Assembly (NCBI GenBank): GCA_045578025.1
Contig: JAZNJN010000022.1
Location: 1 to 45,854 of the forward strand
Source: Faecousia sp.
GTDB taxonomy: Bacteria; Bacillota; Clostridia; Oscillospirales; Oscillospiraceae
Length of the DNA: 45,854 bases
Direction of reading: 5' to 3'
Part shown: one piece after another, positions 9,361 to 18,222 of the stretch
How positions within the stretch are numbered: position 1 is the first letter of the stretch
How the letters are laid out: each line of letters opens with the position of its first letter
The notes under the pieces: model-generated
Seen by the model: the letters and a program-made list of their open reading frames with translations, nothing else
What the model was told of the DNA's origin: nothing
Databases searched by the model: none
Program-made: the position numbers and the translations under genes

Positions 9361-10224
9361 TTGACACCGTTTTTAGAGGTCAAAGAACTAAGTCATATTT
9401 ACAGTGCCGGCACGCCGTTTGAGCATATAGCTCTGGACAGCGTGAGCTTTTGCGTGGAACGGGGAGAGTTTATCGGTGTGATCGGACATACCGGTTCCGG
9501 AAAATCCACCCTGATGCAGCACTTAAATGGACTATTGAAGCCTACATCCGGCAGCATTTTACTGGACGGAAAGGACATCTGGTCTGATAAGGCTTTGACC
9601 CGTCAGGCAAGATTCCGGGTAGGTCTGGTTTTTCAGTACCCGGAGTATCAGCTTTTTGAAGAAACCGTCTATAAAGACATCGCTTTTGGCCCCGGCAACA
9701 TGGGGCTGAGCAAGGAGGAGATCGATCGCCGGGTGCGGGAAGCAGCCGGTTTTGTGGGCATTTCCGAGGATATGCTGGAGGTATCTCCCTTTGACATTTC
9801 CGGCGGACAGAAGCGCCGGGTGGCCATCGCCGGTGTCATCGCCATGGAGCCGGAGATTCTGATTCTCGACGAGCCCACAGCCGGACTTGACCCTGCAGGC
9901 AGGGAAGAGATCCTGCAAAATATTGAGCATTACCGCAAAGCAAAGAATGCAACCATTATGATGGTCAGCCACTCTATGAATGATGTGGCGCGGCTGACGG
10001 ACCGTTTGATCGTGATGAACGGTGCAAAGCTTGCTATGGACGACATACCGGACAGGGTCTTTACCCGGGCGGAAGAGCTGCTCCAAATGGGTCTGGATAT
10101 TCCGGAGCTGACTCGTGTTTTTCTTTCTTTGAAGCAGATGGGACTGCCTGTAGAGCCGGTCTATACTATGGAGCAGGCAGTGACTGCCATCAAAAAGTTA
10201 AAAGGAGGGCAGTGCCATGCTTAA
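9361..10224 (+). CDS. ecfA2: ECF transporter ATPase A2
   Basis: GTPFE, GHTGSGKST, FQYPEYQLFEE, ISGGQKRR. Confidence 0.93.
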   Translation: MTPFLEVKELSHIYSAGTPFEHIALDSVSFCVERGEFIGVIGHTGSGKSTLMQHLNGLLKPTSGSILLDGKDIWSDKALTRQARFRVGLVFQYPEYQLFEETVYKDIAFGPGNMGLSKEEIDRRVREAAGFVGISEDMLEVSPFDISGGQKRRVAIAGVIAMEPEILILDEPTAGLDPAGREEILQNIEHYRKAKNATIMMVSHSMNDVARLTDRLIVMNGAKLAMDDIPDRVFTRAEELLQMGLDIPELTRVFLSLKQMGLPVEPVYTMEQAVTAIKKLKGGQCHA

Positions 10225-11023
10225 AGACATTACCCTCGGCCAGTATTTCCCGGGAAAATCTGTGATCCATCGCTTAGATCCCCGGACAAAGCTGATCATT
10301 CTGGTTGTTTATATCGTAGCGCTGTTTCTTGCGGTCAGCTGGGCCTCCTACGGCGTTCTGGCGGCTTTTCTGATCGTTTGCATCGCTGTTTCCGGAATCC
10401 CTGCAAAATCCTTTGTAAGAGGCATGAAGCCCCTGCTGTTTATCCTTATCTTTACGGCAGTACTGAATATCTTTTTCACTCCCGGAGAAACGGTTTTGTT
10501 CACTTTCCTGAGCATTACTGTTACTCTGGAGGGTCTGGTGCGGGCATTTTTTATGCTGATCCGCATTCTGATGCTGATCGCCGGCACATTCCTGCTGACC
10601 TATACCACTTCACCCATCTCTTTGACGGACGGATTGGAATCCCTGCTTTCTCCGCTGAAAAAGATCAAAGTACCGGTCCATGAGCTTTCCATGATGATGT
10701 GTATCGCTCTGCGTTTTATTCCTACCTTGATTGAGGAAACAGACAAGATCATGGCAGCGCAAAAGGCAAGAGGAGCAGATTTTGAGTCCGGCAAGCTGAC
10801 CCAGCGCGTTAAGGCATTGATCCCTATTCTTGTGCCGCTGTTTGTGGGAGCTTTCCGTCGTGCTGACGAACTGGCCACCGCTATGGAGTGCCGCTGTTAC
10901 CATGGCGGCGAAGGTCGTACAAAGATGAAGCTGCTGCGCTATAAGCTCTGGGATTATGAGGCCTTCGGCGTTGGTGTTCTATTGATTGCAGCTGTTTGTG
11001 TGCTGCGGCATTTTGGTTTGTGA
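10217..11023 (+). CDS. ecfT: ECF transporter transmembrane subunit T
   Basis: IHRLDPRTK, ALRFIPTL, AQKARG and AMECRCY motifs; conserved ecfA-ecfA-ecfT-truA order. Confidence 0.93.
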   Translation: MLKDITLGQYFPGKSVIHRLDPRTKLIILVVYIVALFLAVSWASYGVLAAFLIVCIAVSGIPAKSFVRGMKPLLFILIFTAVLNIFFTPGETVLFTFLSITVTLEGLVRAFFMLIRILMLIAGTFLLTYTTSPISLTDGLESLLSPLKKIKVPVHELSMMMCIALRFIPTLIEETDKIMAAQKARGADFESGKLTQRVKALIPILVPLFVGAFRRADELATAMECRCYHGGEGRTKMKLLRYKLWDYEAFGVGVLLIAAVCVLRHFGL

Positions 11024-11031
11024 GGTAAATT

Positions 11032-11802
11032 ATGCGCAATATCGCTTTGTTCCTGACATATCTGGGTACTGCTTACCATGGCTGGCAGATGCAGAAGGAT
11101 CTGCCCACTGTTCAGGAGACAATGGAAAAGGCTATTGCCATGGTTGTAGGCCACAGTGTGCATGTCACTGGCTGCGGAAGAACCGACGCGGGCGTCCACG
11201 CAAAATGTTATGTGGCGAATTTCCGCACTACCTCTACCATACCTACTGATCGCCTGCCCTATGCCCTGAACACTCACTTGCCGCCGGATATTGTAGTAAC
11301 CAAGGCCTTTGAAGTGCACGAGGATTTCAATGCAATCGGCTCATGCGCCCGGAAAGAATATACCTACCTGATCTACAATTCCCGATTGAAAGATCCCTTC
11401 TATGTGGATCGGGCGTGGTTTTACCCCAAGCATCTGGATGAGAAGATCATGCAGGAGGCAGCTCAGCAATTTGTTGGCACCCATGATTTTGCTGCTGTCA
11501 GATCCGTTGGAACAGATGTAAAATCCACCGTCCGCACTGTATATTATTATGATGTGGAGCGGGAAGGGGATTTGATTCGGCTTAGGGTCTGCGCCAACGG
11601 TTTTCTTTACAATATGGCACGGGCAATGGCGGGAACGGTTGTTTATGCGGCACAAGGGAAGATCAAACCGGCTCAGATCGGCGGGATATTGGACTCCGGA
11701 AACCGCACTGCCGCTGGTCCTACCGTACCTCCCGGCGGTCTTTACATGACCCACCTGTGGTATGACGATGGTGTGGAAAAATTTGAGTGCGAAAGTTTAT
11801 AA
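11032..11802 (+). CDS. truA: tRNA pseudouridine(38-40) synthase
   Basis: GCGRTDAGVHA catalytic motif, GTHDF, GFLYNMAR. Confidence 0.95.
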   Translation: MRNIALFLTYLGTAYHGWQMQKDLPTVQETMEKAIAMVVGHSVHVTGCGRTDAGVHAKCYVANFRTTSTIPTDRLPYALNTHLPPDIVVTKAFEVHEDFNAIGSCARKEYTYLIYNSRLKDPFYVDRAWFYPKHLDEKIMQEAAQQFVGTHDFAAVRSVGTDVKSTVRTVYYYDVEREGDLIRLRVCANGFLYNMARAMAGTVVYAAQGKIKPAQIGGILDSGNRTAAGPTVPPGGLYMTHLWYDDGVEKFECESL

Positions 11803-11873
11803 TTTATTCGCTTTTTCCTGCTGTATCTATGCTAAACTGATGCGCAGAAGTTTATTTCCCATGGATTGGAGGG

Positions 11874-14174
11874 ATGGCTATGCAGCCGAAGCTGTGTACC
11901 AAATGTAAGAAAAATATTGCCGTCGTTTTCATTACAAGAATTGAAAACGGCGTTACCATGAATGAAGGCTATTGCCTAAAATGCGCCCGTAGTCTGGGCA
12001 TTCCCCAGATCGACCACGCGGTGAAGCAAATGGGTTTTTCCGAGGAAGATCTGGATAATCTGACGGACGAAATGAGCAGTATGTTCGGGCAGATCGATCA
12101 GGGTGATCACGATGAGGATGATATGGACAGCCAGACTGCCACATTCCCCATGATCAACCAGCTTTTCGGTGCACTGAACCCGAATCCGTCCGCCAATCAT
12201 CCGACTCCGAAGAAGGAAGAGCCGGAGAAGGATGAGGGCGAACCGAAGAAAAAGAAGAGTAAAAAACATAAGTTCCTGGATAGCTATTGCATGGACTTGA
12301 CCGGTCGGGCAAGGGCAGGAAAGCTGGACAAGGTGATCGGCAGAGATGTGGAGACCGAGCGGGTCATTCAGATCCTTAACCGCCGCCAGAAGAATAATCC
12401 CTGTCTGATTGGTGAGCCGGGTGTGGGCAAGACTGCCATTGCAGAGGGTCTTGCACAGCGAATCGCAGCAGGGGATGTGCCCTATAAGCTCCGGGATAAG
12501 GAAGTGTTTCTGCTTGACTTAACTGCACTGGTGGCAGGCACCCAGTTCCGCGGACAGTTTGAAAGCCGTATGAAGAGTCTGATCGGCGAGATCAAGGAAT
12601 GCGGCAACATCATTCTGGTGATCGATGAGGTGCACAATCTGGTTGGTGCAGGCGACGCAGAAGGCTCTATGAATGCAGCCAACATCTTAAAGCCTGCGCT
12701 GTCCCGTGGCGAGATCCAGGTGATCGGTGCTACTACCTTTAATGAATATCGCAAGTATATTGAAAAGGATGCCGCTCTGGAGCGCCGTTTCCAGCCAGTC
12801 TCTGTTGCTGAGCCTTCCATCGAGGAAGCCAGTCTGATCATGCAGGGCATCGCCAAAAGCTATGCCGATTATCACGGCGTTACGATTTCGCCGGAGATCG
12901 CACGGCAGTGCGTCGTTCTTTCCGAGCGGTATATTACAGACAGATTCCTGCCGGATAAGGCGATTGACCTTCTGGATGAAGCCTGTTCCGATGTGAATCT
13001 GCGGTGCAAGGAGATTTCTGAGCTTGCGGAAAAGCGCAAGGAGCGGGACGATTATGAGCTGGAACTGCAGATGCTCACAGAAGATACCGAAAACGAGCAT
13101 TATGAGCGCCTTGCCCATATTCGCAGCAAGCTGTGTCAAATTGCTGCGCGAATCGAACAGCTGGAGCAAGTGCCGCCTCCTGCGGTAACAATGGAGAACC
13201 TCGCCCGGATCATTGAACTGTGGACGAAAATTCCTGCATCCAAGATCAAAGCCCAGGAATATCAGCAAATAAGCGGTCTGAAAGATCGGCTGAAAGCCCA
13301 TATTGTGGGTCAGGATGAGGCGGTTGATGCTGTAACACGGGCGATCCGTCGGCACAGAGTGGGAATCACCTCCAAAAAGCGCCCCGCATCCTTTATTTTT
13401 GTCGGTCCTACCGGTGTGGGTAAAACAGAGCTTGTCAAGCGCCTTGCCGACGATCTGTTTGACAGTGTGGACAGCCTGATCCGCCTGGATATGTCTGAAT
13501 ATATGGAAAAGCACACTGTCTCTAAGCTGATCGGCTCACCTCCCGGCTATGTGGGCTACGATGAGGCAGGTCAGCTTACCGAGAAGATCCGCCGTAAGCC
13601 TTACAGTGTAGTTCTTTTCGACGAAATCGAAAAGGCCCACCCCGATGTGCTGAATGTGCTGCTGCAGGTGCTGGATGACGGCAGAATTACCGATGCTCAG
13701 GGAAGACAGGTCAATTTTGAGAATACCATTATCGTCATGACCTCCAACGCAGGCTCTGAGGGCAGCGTAGGCGGCATGGGATTTGGCAGAACGGATACCG
13801 ACCTGGTGAAGGAAAAGACCATGAAGGCGCTGCGTGGCTTCCTGCGCCCAGAATTTATCAACCGTGTGGATGAGATCATTACCTTCAACCATCTGACGGA
13901 GGATAATTTCCTGGCCATCGCGGATATTATGCTCGCGGAATTGAAGCAGAATCTGAATGACAGAGGACTGACAGTCAACTGGAACGAGGATCTGCGGCAG
14001 TATCTGGTGAAGAAGGCGTTTTCCATCACCTACGGCGCTCGTAATCTCCGCCGCACCATTCAGCGGGATCTGGAAGATCCCATCTCGGAGGTCATTATTG
14101 CATCCTTCGAAAAGCCGATTTCTGTGATCGAGATTTGCGTTGAAAACGACAGTATTGTGCTGAAAACAGAATAA
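11874..14174 (+). CDS. Hsp100/Clp ATPase with N-terminal C4 zinc finger (ClpE/ClpC-like)
   Basis: Two AAA modules (GEPGVGKT; GPTGVGKT), [18 protein letters not shown] ClpP-binding loop; N-terminal CTKC...CLKC in place of Clp-N repeats. Confidence 0.9.
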   Translation: MAMQPKLCTKCKKNIAVVFITRIENGVTMNEGYCLKCARSLGIPQIDHAVKQMGFSEEDLDNLTDEMSSMFGQIDQGDHDEDDMDSQTATFPMINQLFGALNPNPSANHPTPKKEEPEKDEGEPKKKKSKKHKFLDSYCMDLTGRARAGKLDKVIGRDVETERVIQILNRRQKNNPCLIGEPGVGKTAIAEGLAQRIAAGDVPYKLRDKEVFLLDLTALVAGTQFRGQFESRMKSLIGEIKECGNIILVIDEVHNLVGAGDAEGSMNAANILKPALSRGEIQVIGATTFNEYRKYIEKDAALERRFQPVSVAEPSIEEASLIMQGIAKSYADYHGVTISPEIARQCVVLSERYITDRFLPDKAIDLLDEACSDVNLRCKEISELAEKRKERDDYELELQMLTEDTENEHYERLAHIRSKLCQIAARIEQLEQVPPPAVTMENLARIIELWTKIPASKIKAQEYQQISGLKDRLKAHIVGQDEAVDAVTRAIRRHRVGITSKKRPASFIFVGPTGVGKTELVKRLADDLFDSVDSLIRLDMSEYMEKHTVSKLIGSPPGYVGYDEAGQLTEKIRRKPYSVVLFDEIEKAHPDVLNVLLQVLDDGRITDAQGRQVNFENTIIVMTSNAGSEGSVGGMGFGRTDTDLVKEKTMKALRGFLRPEFINRVDEIITFNHLTEDNFLAIADIMLAELKQNLNDRGLTVNWNEDLRQYLVKKAFSITYGARNLRRTIQRDLEDPISEVIIASFEKPISVIEICVENDSIVLKTE

Positions 14175-14178
14175 AAGT

Positions 14179-14208
14179 GCCGGGAAGCACCTGCTTCCCG
14201 GTTTTTCT
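14179..14208 (+). terminator. Terminator after the Clp ATPase
   Basis: CCGGGAAGCA-cc-TGCTTCCCGG followed by TTTTT. Confidence 0.85.
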
Positions 14209-14384
14209 TATAAATCCAGTTTGTCGGATACTCTGTCCGCAATATCCATGGCAGCATCTTCAACTTTCCATGCAGCCTTGGTTGCCAGTTTTCGTGCAGT
14301 GCTCTGCTTGGGGAGCATCATCACCGCGACAGCTCCAACCGCCGCACCCACTCCCATGGTAATCGCCCAGCCTGTTAAACGCAT
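14208..14384 (-). CDS. Small hypothetical membrane-anchored protein (YtxH-like N-terminus)
   Basis: GGGAGG RBS before ATG 14384; GVGAAVGAVAVMMLP hydrophobic stretch followed by an amphipathic helix. Confidence 0.6.
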   Translation of the reverse strand: MRLTGWAITMGVGAAVGAVAVMMLPKQSTARKLATKAAWKVEDAAMDIADRVSDKLDL

Positions 14385-14517
14385 AATCAATCCCTCCCTT
14401 CATAATTAGTATATCCGAGCCGGGGAATTTCACAAATGGAAAGCTTTTTCGGTTTTTTAGGTTGTGTTTTACAGGTAAAATATGTTATAATCAAGAAAAA
14501 GTATTGGAGGGGAGACT

Positions 14518-15393
14518 ATGTCTATCGACCTGCTGCAGGATAAGATCCGAAAATTGAAAAATCCTTCTGTAATCGACTTTGGCATTAAGGATGATTGCAT
14601 TCCTGAGCATCTGATTCGGGAGGAAGGGTCTGTTCTGAATGCCTACGGGCGTTTTTGCCGGGAATTGATGGCAGAATTACAGGATATCGTACCTGCTGTC
14701 CGTTTTCCTTTTGATGCCTTTGCGCTTCTCGGATGTGAGGGAATTTCTTTGCTGCAAAATCTGCTGAAAGAAGCGAAGGATCTGGGTTTTTATGTGATTC
14801 TTGACGGCCCGTCGATCCTTTCTCCCTGGGGAGCTGACCGCACTGCCGACTCAATTTTTGGGAAACAGGTCTTTCCATGTGACGGACTGATCCTATCTCC
14901 GTATATCGGCAGCGACTGTCTTAAGCCTTTCCTGGCTCACTGTAAGGATAATGATAAAGCAGTATTTCTTGTCGTCCGTTCTCCAAACAAGTCCGCATCG
15001 GAGCTTCAGGACCTGCTGACAGGCACACGTCATGTGTATAATGCCGCAGCGGAGCTTGCCGGGCGTTTTGGCGAAACGCTGATAGGGAAGAGCGGCTACG
15101 CTCACGTTGCCGCAGCTGCCAGTGCCGGCTCTTCAGAGATTCTGCGCACCCTCAGAGCAAAGCATAACAGAACATTCCTCCTTGTCGACGGCCTGGACTA
15201 CCCCAGCGGAAATGCAAAAAATTGCAGTCACGCTTTTGACCGGTTTGGTCACGGCGCTGTGGTCAGCGCAGGACCTTCCGTTACTGCTGCATGGAAAGAG
15301 GGGGAGACCTGCGGCGAGAATTACGTAGCCGATGCCCGTCAGTCCGCAGAGCGAATGAAGAAGAATCTGACCAGATATATTACTATCTTGTAA
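14518..15393 (+). CDS. PyrF (OMP decarboxylase, subfamily 2)-like protein with degenerate active site
   Basis: Colinear with clostridial PyrF (KNPSV, PYIGSD, SELQDL, GKSGY, AFDRFGHGAVV), but DxKxxDIxxT reads DGPSILSP and PGxGAQGG reads DGLDYPSG. Intact ORF, strong RBS, TGnTATAAT upstream. Confidence 0.75.
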   Translation: MSIDLLQDKIRKLKNPSVIDFGIKDDCIPEHLIREEGSVLNAYGRFCRELMAELQDIVPAVRFPFDAFALLGCEGISLLQNLLKEAKDLGFYVILDGPSILSPWGADRTADSIFGKQVFPCDGLILSPYIGSDCLKPFLAHCKDNDKAVFLVVRSPNKSASELQDLLTGTRHVYNAAAELAGRFGETLIGKSGYAHVAAAASAGSSEILRTLRAKHNRTFLLVDGLDYPSGNAKNCSHAFDRFGHGAVVSAGPSVTAAWKEGETCGENYVADARQSAERMKKNLTRYITIL

Positions 15394-15419
15394 CTATGTA
15401 AGCCAGGACGAGCCTGACT

Positions 15420-15683
15420 TTATCTGCCACGATTTGCGTTGTGACGGCTGCTTCCGCTGTTGGTAGCGGCAGTACTGCCGGTCATACCACCGGTGACATC
15501 TTCGATGATGTCCTCCACAACACCGCCGCCGTTGGTGGTCTGGTTATGGCTACCAGTGGTGGCAGGTACGGTAGACTGGGTAGTGGTAGGCACAGAGGTT
15601 TCATTTGTGGTTCTACTGCCGCAGGCTGTCATCAAACAGGCGGTAAGGACGAAGCTCAGTGCAATGATCATGATTTTTTTCAT
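15420..15683 (-). CDS. Small Thr/Ser-rich lipoprotein
   Basis: MKKIMIIALSFVLTACLMTAC signal peptide with lipobox; low-complexity mature part; GGAGG RBS. Confidence 0.75.
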   Translation of the reverse strand: MKKIMIIALSFVLTACLMTACGSRTTNETSVPTTTQSTVPATTGSHNQTTNGGGVVEDIIEDVTGGMTGSTAATNSGSSRHNANRGR

Positions 15684-15855
15684 ATCGATCCTCCTCAATC
15701 CATGAGATTTCAAAACTAGTATTGCCCTTTACATGGAATTTAGACTGGAAAAATCTGCGAACAATGTATAATTTGTCATTTTTTATTATTGCTATTTTCA
15801 ATAATCTCGAGTATAATACTTGGGAATCACACTACATAAAGGAGAATCCTTTGTT

Positions 15856-16245
15856 ATGAAGAAGCTTGCTGTTAAGAAAAATGTGGAATGTATGGCTTGT
15901 CTGCAGTGCGTGCAGGCCTGCTCTGAGGCTTTCTACAAGGAGTTCCATCCCGATTATTCCTGCATTCAGATCGTTGCCGGTAAAACCGGTGGTGCCAAGC
16001 CCAATATCTGCATCCAGTGCGGCAAGTGCATGAAGGTCTGCGAGCACGATGCCATTACCCAGAATCCCAAGACCGGTGTCTATATGATCAGCAAAAAGAA
16101 CTGTGTTGAATGTGGCAAGTGCGTGGAGGTTTGCCCCATGAAGGTCATGGTTCATAAGGCCGATAATCCCGTATCCAAGTGCATCGCCTGTGGCATCTGT
16201 GTAAAAGCCTGCCCCATGGAAGTGCTGGAGATCGTCGAGAAGTAA
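15856..16245 (+). CDS. Multi-[4Fe-4S] ferredoxin-like protein
   Basis: Four CxxCxxCxxxC motifs (CMACLQCVQAC, CIQCGKCMKVC, CVECGKCVEVCP, CIACGICVKACP); AAGGAG RBS. Confidence 0.9.
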   Translation: MKKLAVKKNVECMACLQCVQACSEAFYKEFHPDYSCIQIVAGKTGGAKPNICIQCGKCMKVCEHDAITQNPKTGVYMISKKNCVECGKCVEVCPMKVMVHKADNPVSKCIACGICVKACPMEVLEIVEK

Positions 16246-16255
16246 ATTATACATA

Positions 16256-16292
16256 AAAAGCAGCCGAAATTTCGGCTGCTTTTTCTTTTTTT
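16256..16292 (+). terminator. Terminator after the ferredoxin
   Basis: AAAAGCAGCCGAA-at-TTCGGCTGCTTTT followed by a T-run. Confidence 0.88.
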
Positions 16293-16375
16293 GCTCAAAA
16301 TTTCAAATTGTTACAATTGCATATTGGTGCTTGGTATGTTATAGTATAAAAGATATCATACACCCGGAGGCGTTT

Positions 16376-17287
16376 ATGAGAGATTTTGTTGATTTACAAC
16401 ATGAATTACAGTCCGAATTGCCGGATATTGCGTTTCGCTTCCACGAGCCCTTGCATAAGCATACTTCCTTCCGAATCGGAGGGAATGCAGAGGTCATGGC
16501 ATTTCCGAAAACTACGGCAGAACTGTCATCCATTTTAAATTTATCCACCATGCTTGGCGTGAAAACATCCATCTTGGGCGCAGGCACCAATATCCTCGCT
16601 CCGGACGAGGGAGTTGAGGGCATTGTAATTTGCCTGAAGGATTGCCTGGACGGCATGGAGCAGCTCGATTCCACCCATATCCGTGTCATGGCGGGCGTAA
16701 CCATGACCAGAGCTGCTATCTTTGCGGCAAATCTGGGTTTATCCGGTCTTGAATTCGCCCACGGCATCCCGGGCACTGTGGGCGGCGGTGTTTATATGAA
16801 CGCCGGTGCCTACGGCGGTGAGCTGAGTCAAGTTGTGAAAAGTGTAGAGGTAATGGACTTTACCGGCTGCACACGGATTCTGAGTAACGAGCAGATGGCT
16901 TTTCAGTATCGAAACAGTATATTGGAATCCTGTGAGCTGATCGCAGTCAGTGCTACTTTCCGTTTGGAGCTCAAGCCCCAGGACGAGATCCGGGCAACTA
17001 TGAAGGACTTAATGAGACGGCGGTCAGCGTCGCAACCTCTGGATATGCCATCGGCAGGCAGCGCTTTTAAGCGTCCGGTTGGCGGGTATGCTGCCGCATT
17101 GATCGATGAAGCAGGGTTGAAGGGATATTCCGTTGGCGGCGCTGCAATATCCACAAAGCACGCAGGTTTTGCCGTAAACCTCGGCAACGCAACCGCTGAA
17201 GATGTGAAAAAATTATTGCGAGATGTTTCTGATATCGTCTATGAAAAATCCGGAATTCGTTTGGAGCCGGAGGTAAGAATCTGGTAA
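16376..17287 (+). CDS. murB: UDP-N-acetylenolpyruvoylglucosamine reductase
   Basis: HTSFRIGG, GAGTN, GIPGTVGGGVYMNAGAYG, QPLDMPSAGSAFKRP, LEPEV. Confidence 0.95.
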   Translation: MRDFVDLQHELQSELPDIAFRFHEPLHKHTSFRIGGNAEVMAFPKTTAELSSILNLSTMLGVKTSILGAGTNILAPDEGVEGIVICLKDCLDGMEQLDSTHIRVMAGVTMTRAAIFAANLGLSGLEFAHGIPGTVGGGVYMNAGAYGGELSQVVKSVEVMDFTGCTRILSNEQMAFQYRNSILESCELIAVSATFRLELKPQDEIRATMKDLMRRRSASQPLDMPSAGSAFKRPVGGYAAALIDEAGLKGYSVGGAAISTKHAGFAVNLGNATAEDVKKLLRDVSDIVYEKSGIRLEPEVRIW

Positions 17288-17307
17288 CTTAGGAAAGGAG
17301 GTCCGAT

Positions 17308-18222
17308 ATGGCTGTTTCATTTTCTGCAGGCGTAAAGGCAGAGATCTGTCGGACCGTGCCGCAAAAGCAGTGCTGCGCACTTTCTGAGTGCTTCGGCATC
17401 TTGCTTCACTGTAATACATTCCGCGCGGACAGCATCCGCATCATCACGGAAAGCAGAGAATTTGCGTACACTTTACCGAAACTGTTCCATAAGGCGCTGG
17501 GTATTACCTTTGACATTTTCCCCAGTCCGGAGGCTCCCGGTAAGCTGGTGTTTCAAATCACAGATCCGGACAAGATTGCCACCATTATGGCTGCTTACGG
17601 TTTTGATGTCCGTGGCACGCTGGCACTGCATGTAAACCTCCCGATCATGGAAGACGATTGCTGCAAGGCATCTTTCCTCCGCGGTGCGTTTCTGGCGGGG
17701 GGCAGTGTCACAGATCCGGCAAAAGGATATCATCTGGAGATCACCACGACCCATAGCAGTGTTTCCAGAGAAACTTACACACTGATTGAAGAAGTCTTAG
17801 GCTTTTATCCTAAGACCGCTCAGCGCTCCGGTAACCAGGTTTTGTACATCAAGCAAAGTGAACTGATTTCCGATTTTCTGGCTTATCTGGGTGCCCCTGT
17901 GGCCGCTATGGATATCATGGAAGCAAGACTCGAGAAGGAACTGAACAACAAAGTCAACCGCCGCTGCAACTGTGATGAAGCCAACACTTCCAAGGTGGTA
18001 GAGGCTTCGCAGGAGCAGCTGGCTGCGTTAAGAATTTTACGGGAACAGGGAGTGATGGAATCCCTGCCTGCAAAGCTCCAACAGGCGGCCGTCGCCCGGG
18101 AAAATCACCCGGAGGCATCCCTGACGGAGCTGGCATCCATGATGGAGCCACCCATTAGCAAGCCCGCCATGAATCACCGACTGAAAAAACTGGTATCCCT
18201 TTCAAAGGAGGCTGCAAAATGA
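17308..18222 (+). CDS. whiA: DNA-binding protein WhiA
   Basis: FLRGAFLAGGSVTDPAKGYHLE, NKVNRRCNCDEAN, and C-terminal HTH SLTELA...SKPAMNHRLKKL. Confidence 0.93.
   Translation: MAVSFSAGVKAEICRTVPQKQCCALSECFGILLHCNTFRADSIRIITESREFAYTLPKLFHKALGITFDIFPSPEAPGKLVFQITDPDKIATIMAAYGFDVRGTLALHVNLPIMEDDCCKASFLRGAFLAGGSVTDPAKGYHLEITTTHSSVSRETYTLIEEVLGFYPKTAQRSGNQVLYIKQSELISDFLAYLGAPVAAMDIMEARLEKELNNKVNRRCNCDEANTSKVVEASQEQLAALRILREQGVMESLPAKLQQAAVARENHPEASLTELASMMEPPISKPAMNHRLKKLVSLSKEAAK

Noticed and set aside
14518-15393. Calling this gene pyrF
   Set aside because: The catalytic DxKxxD motif and phosphate-binding loops are absent, so the symbol is withheld.
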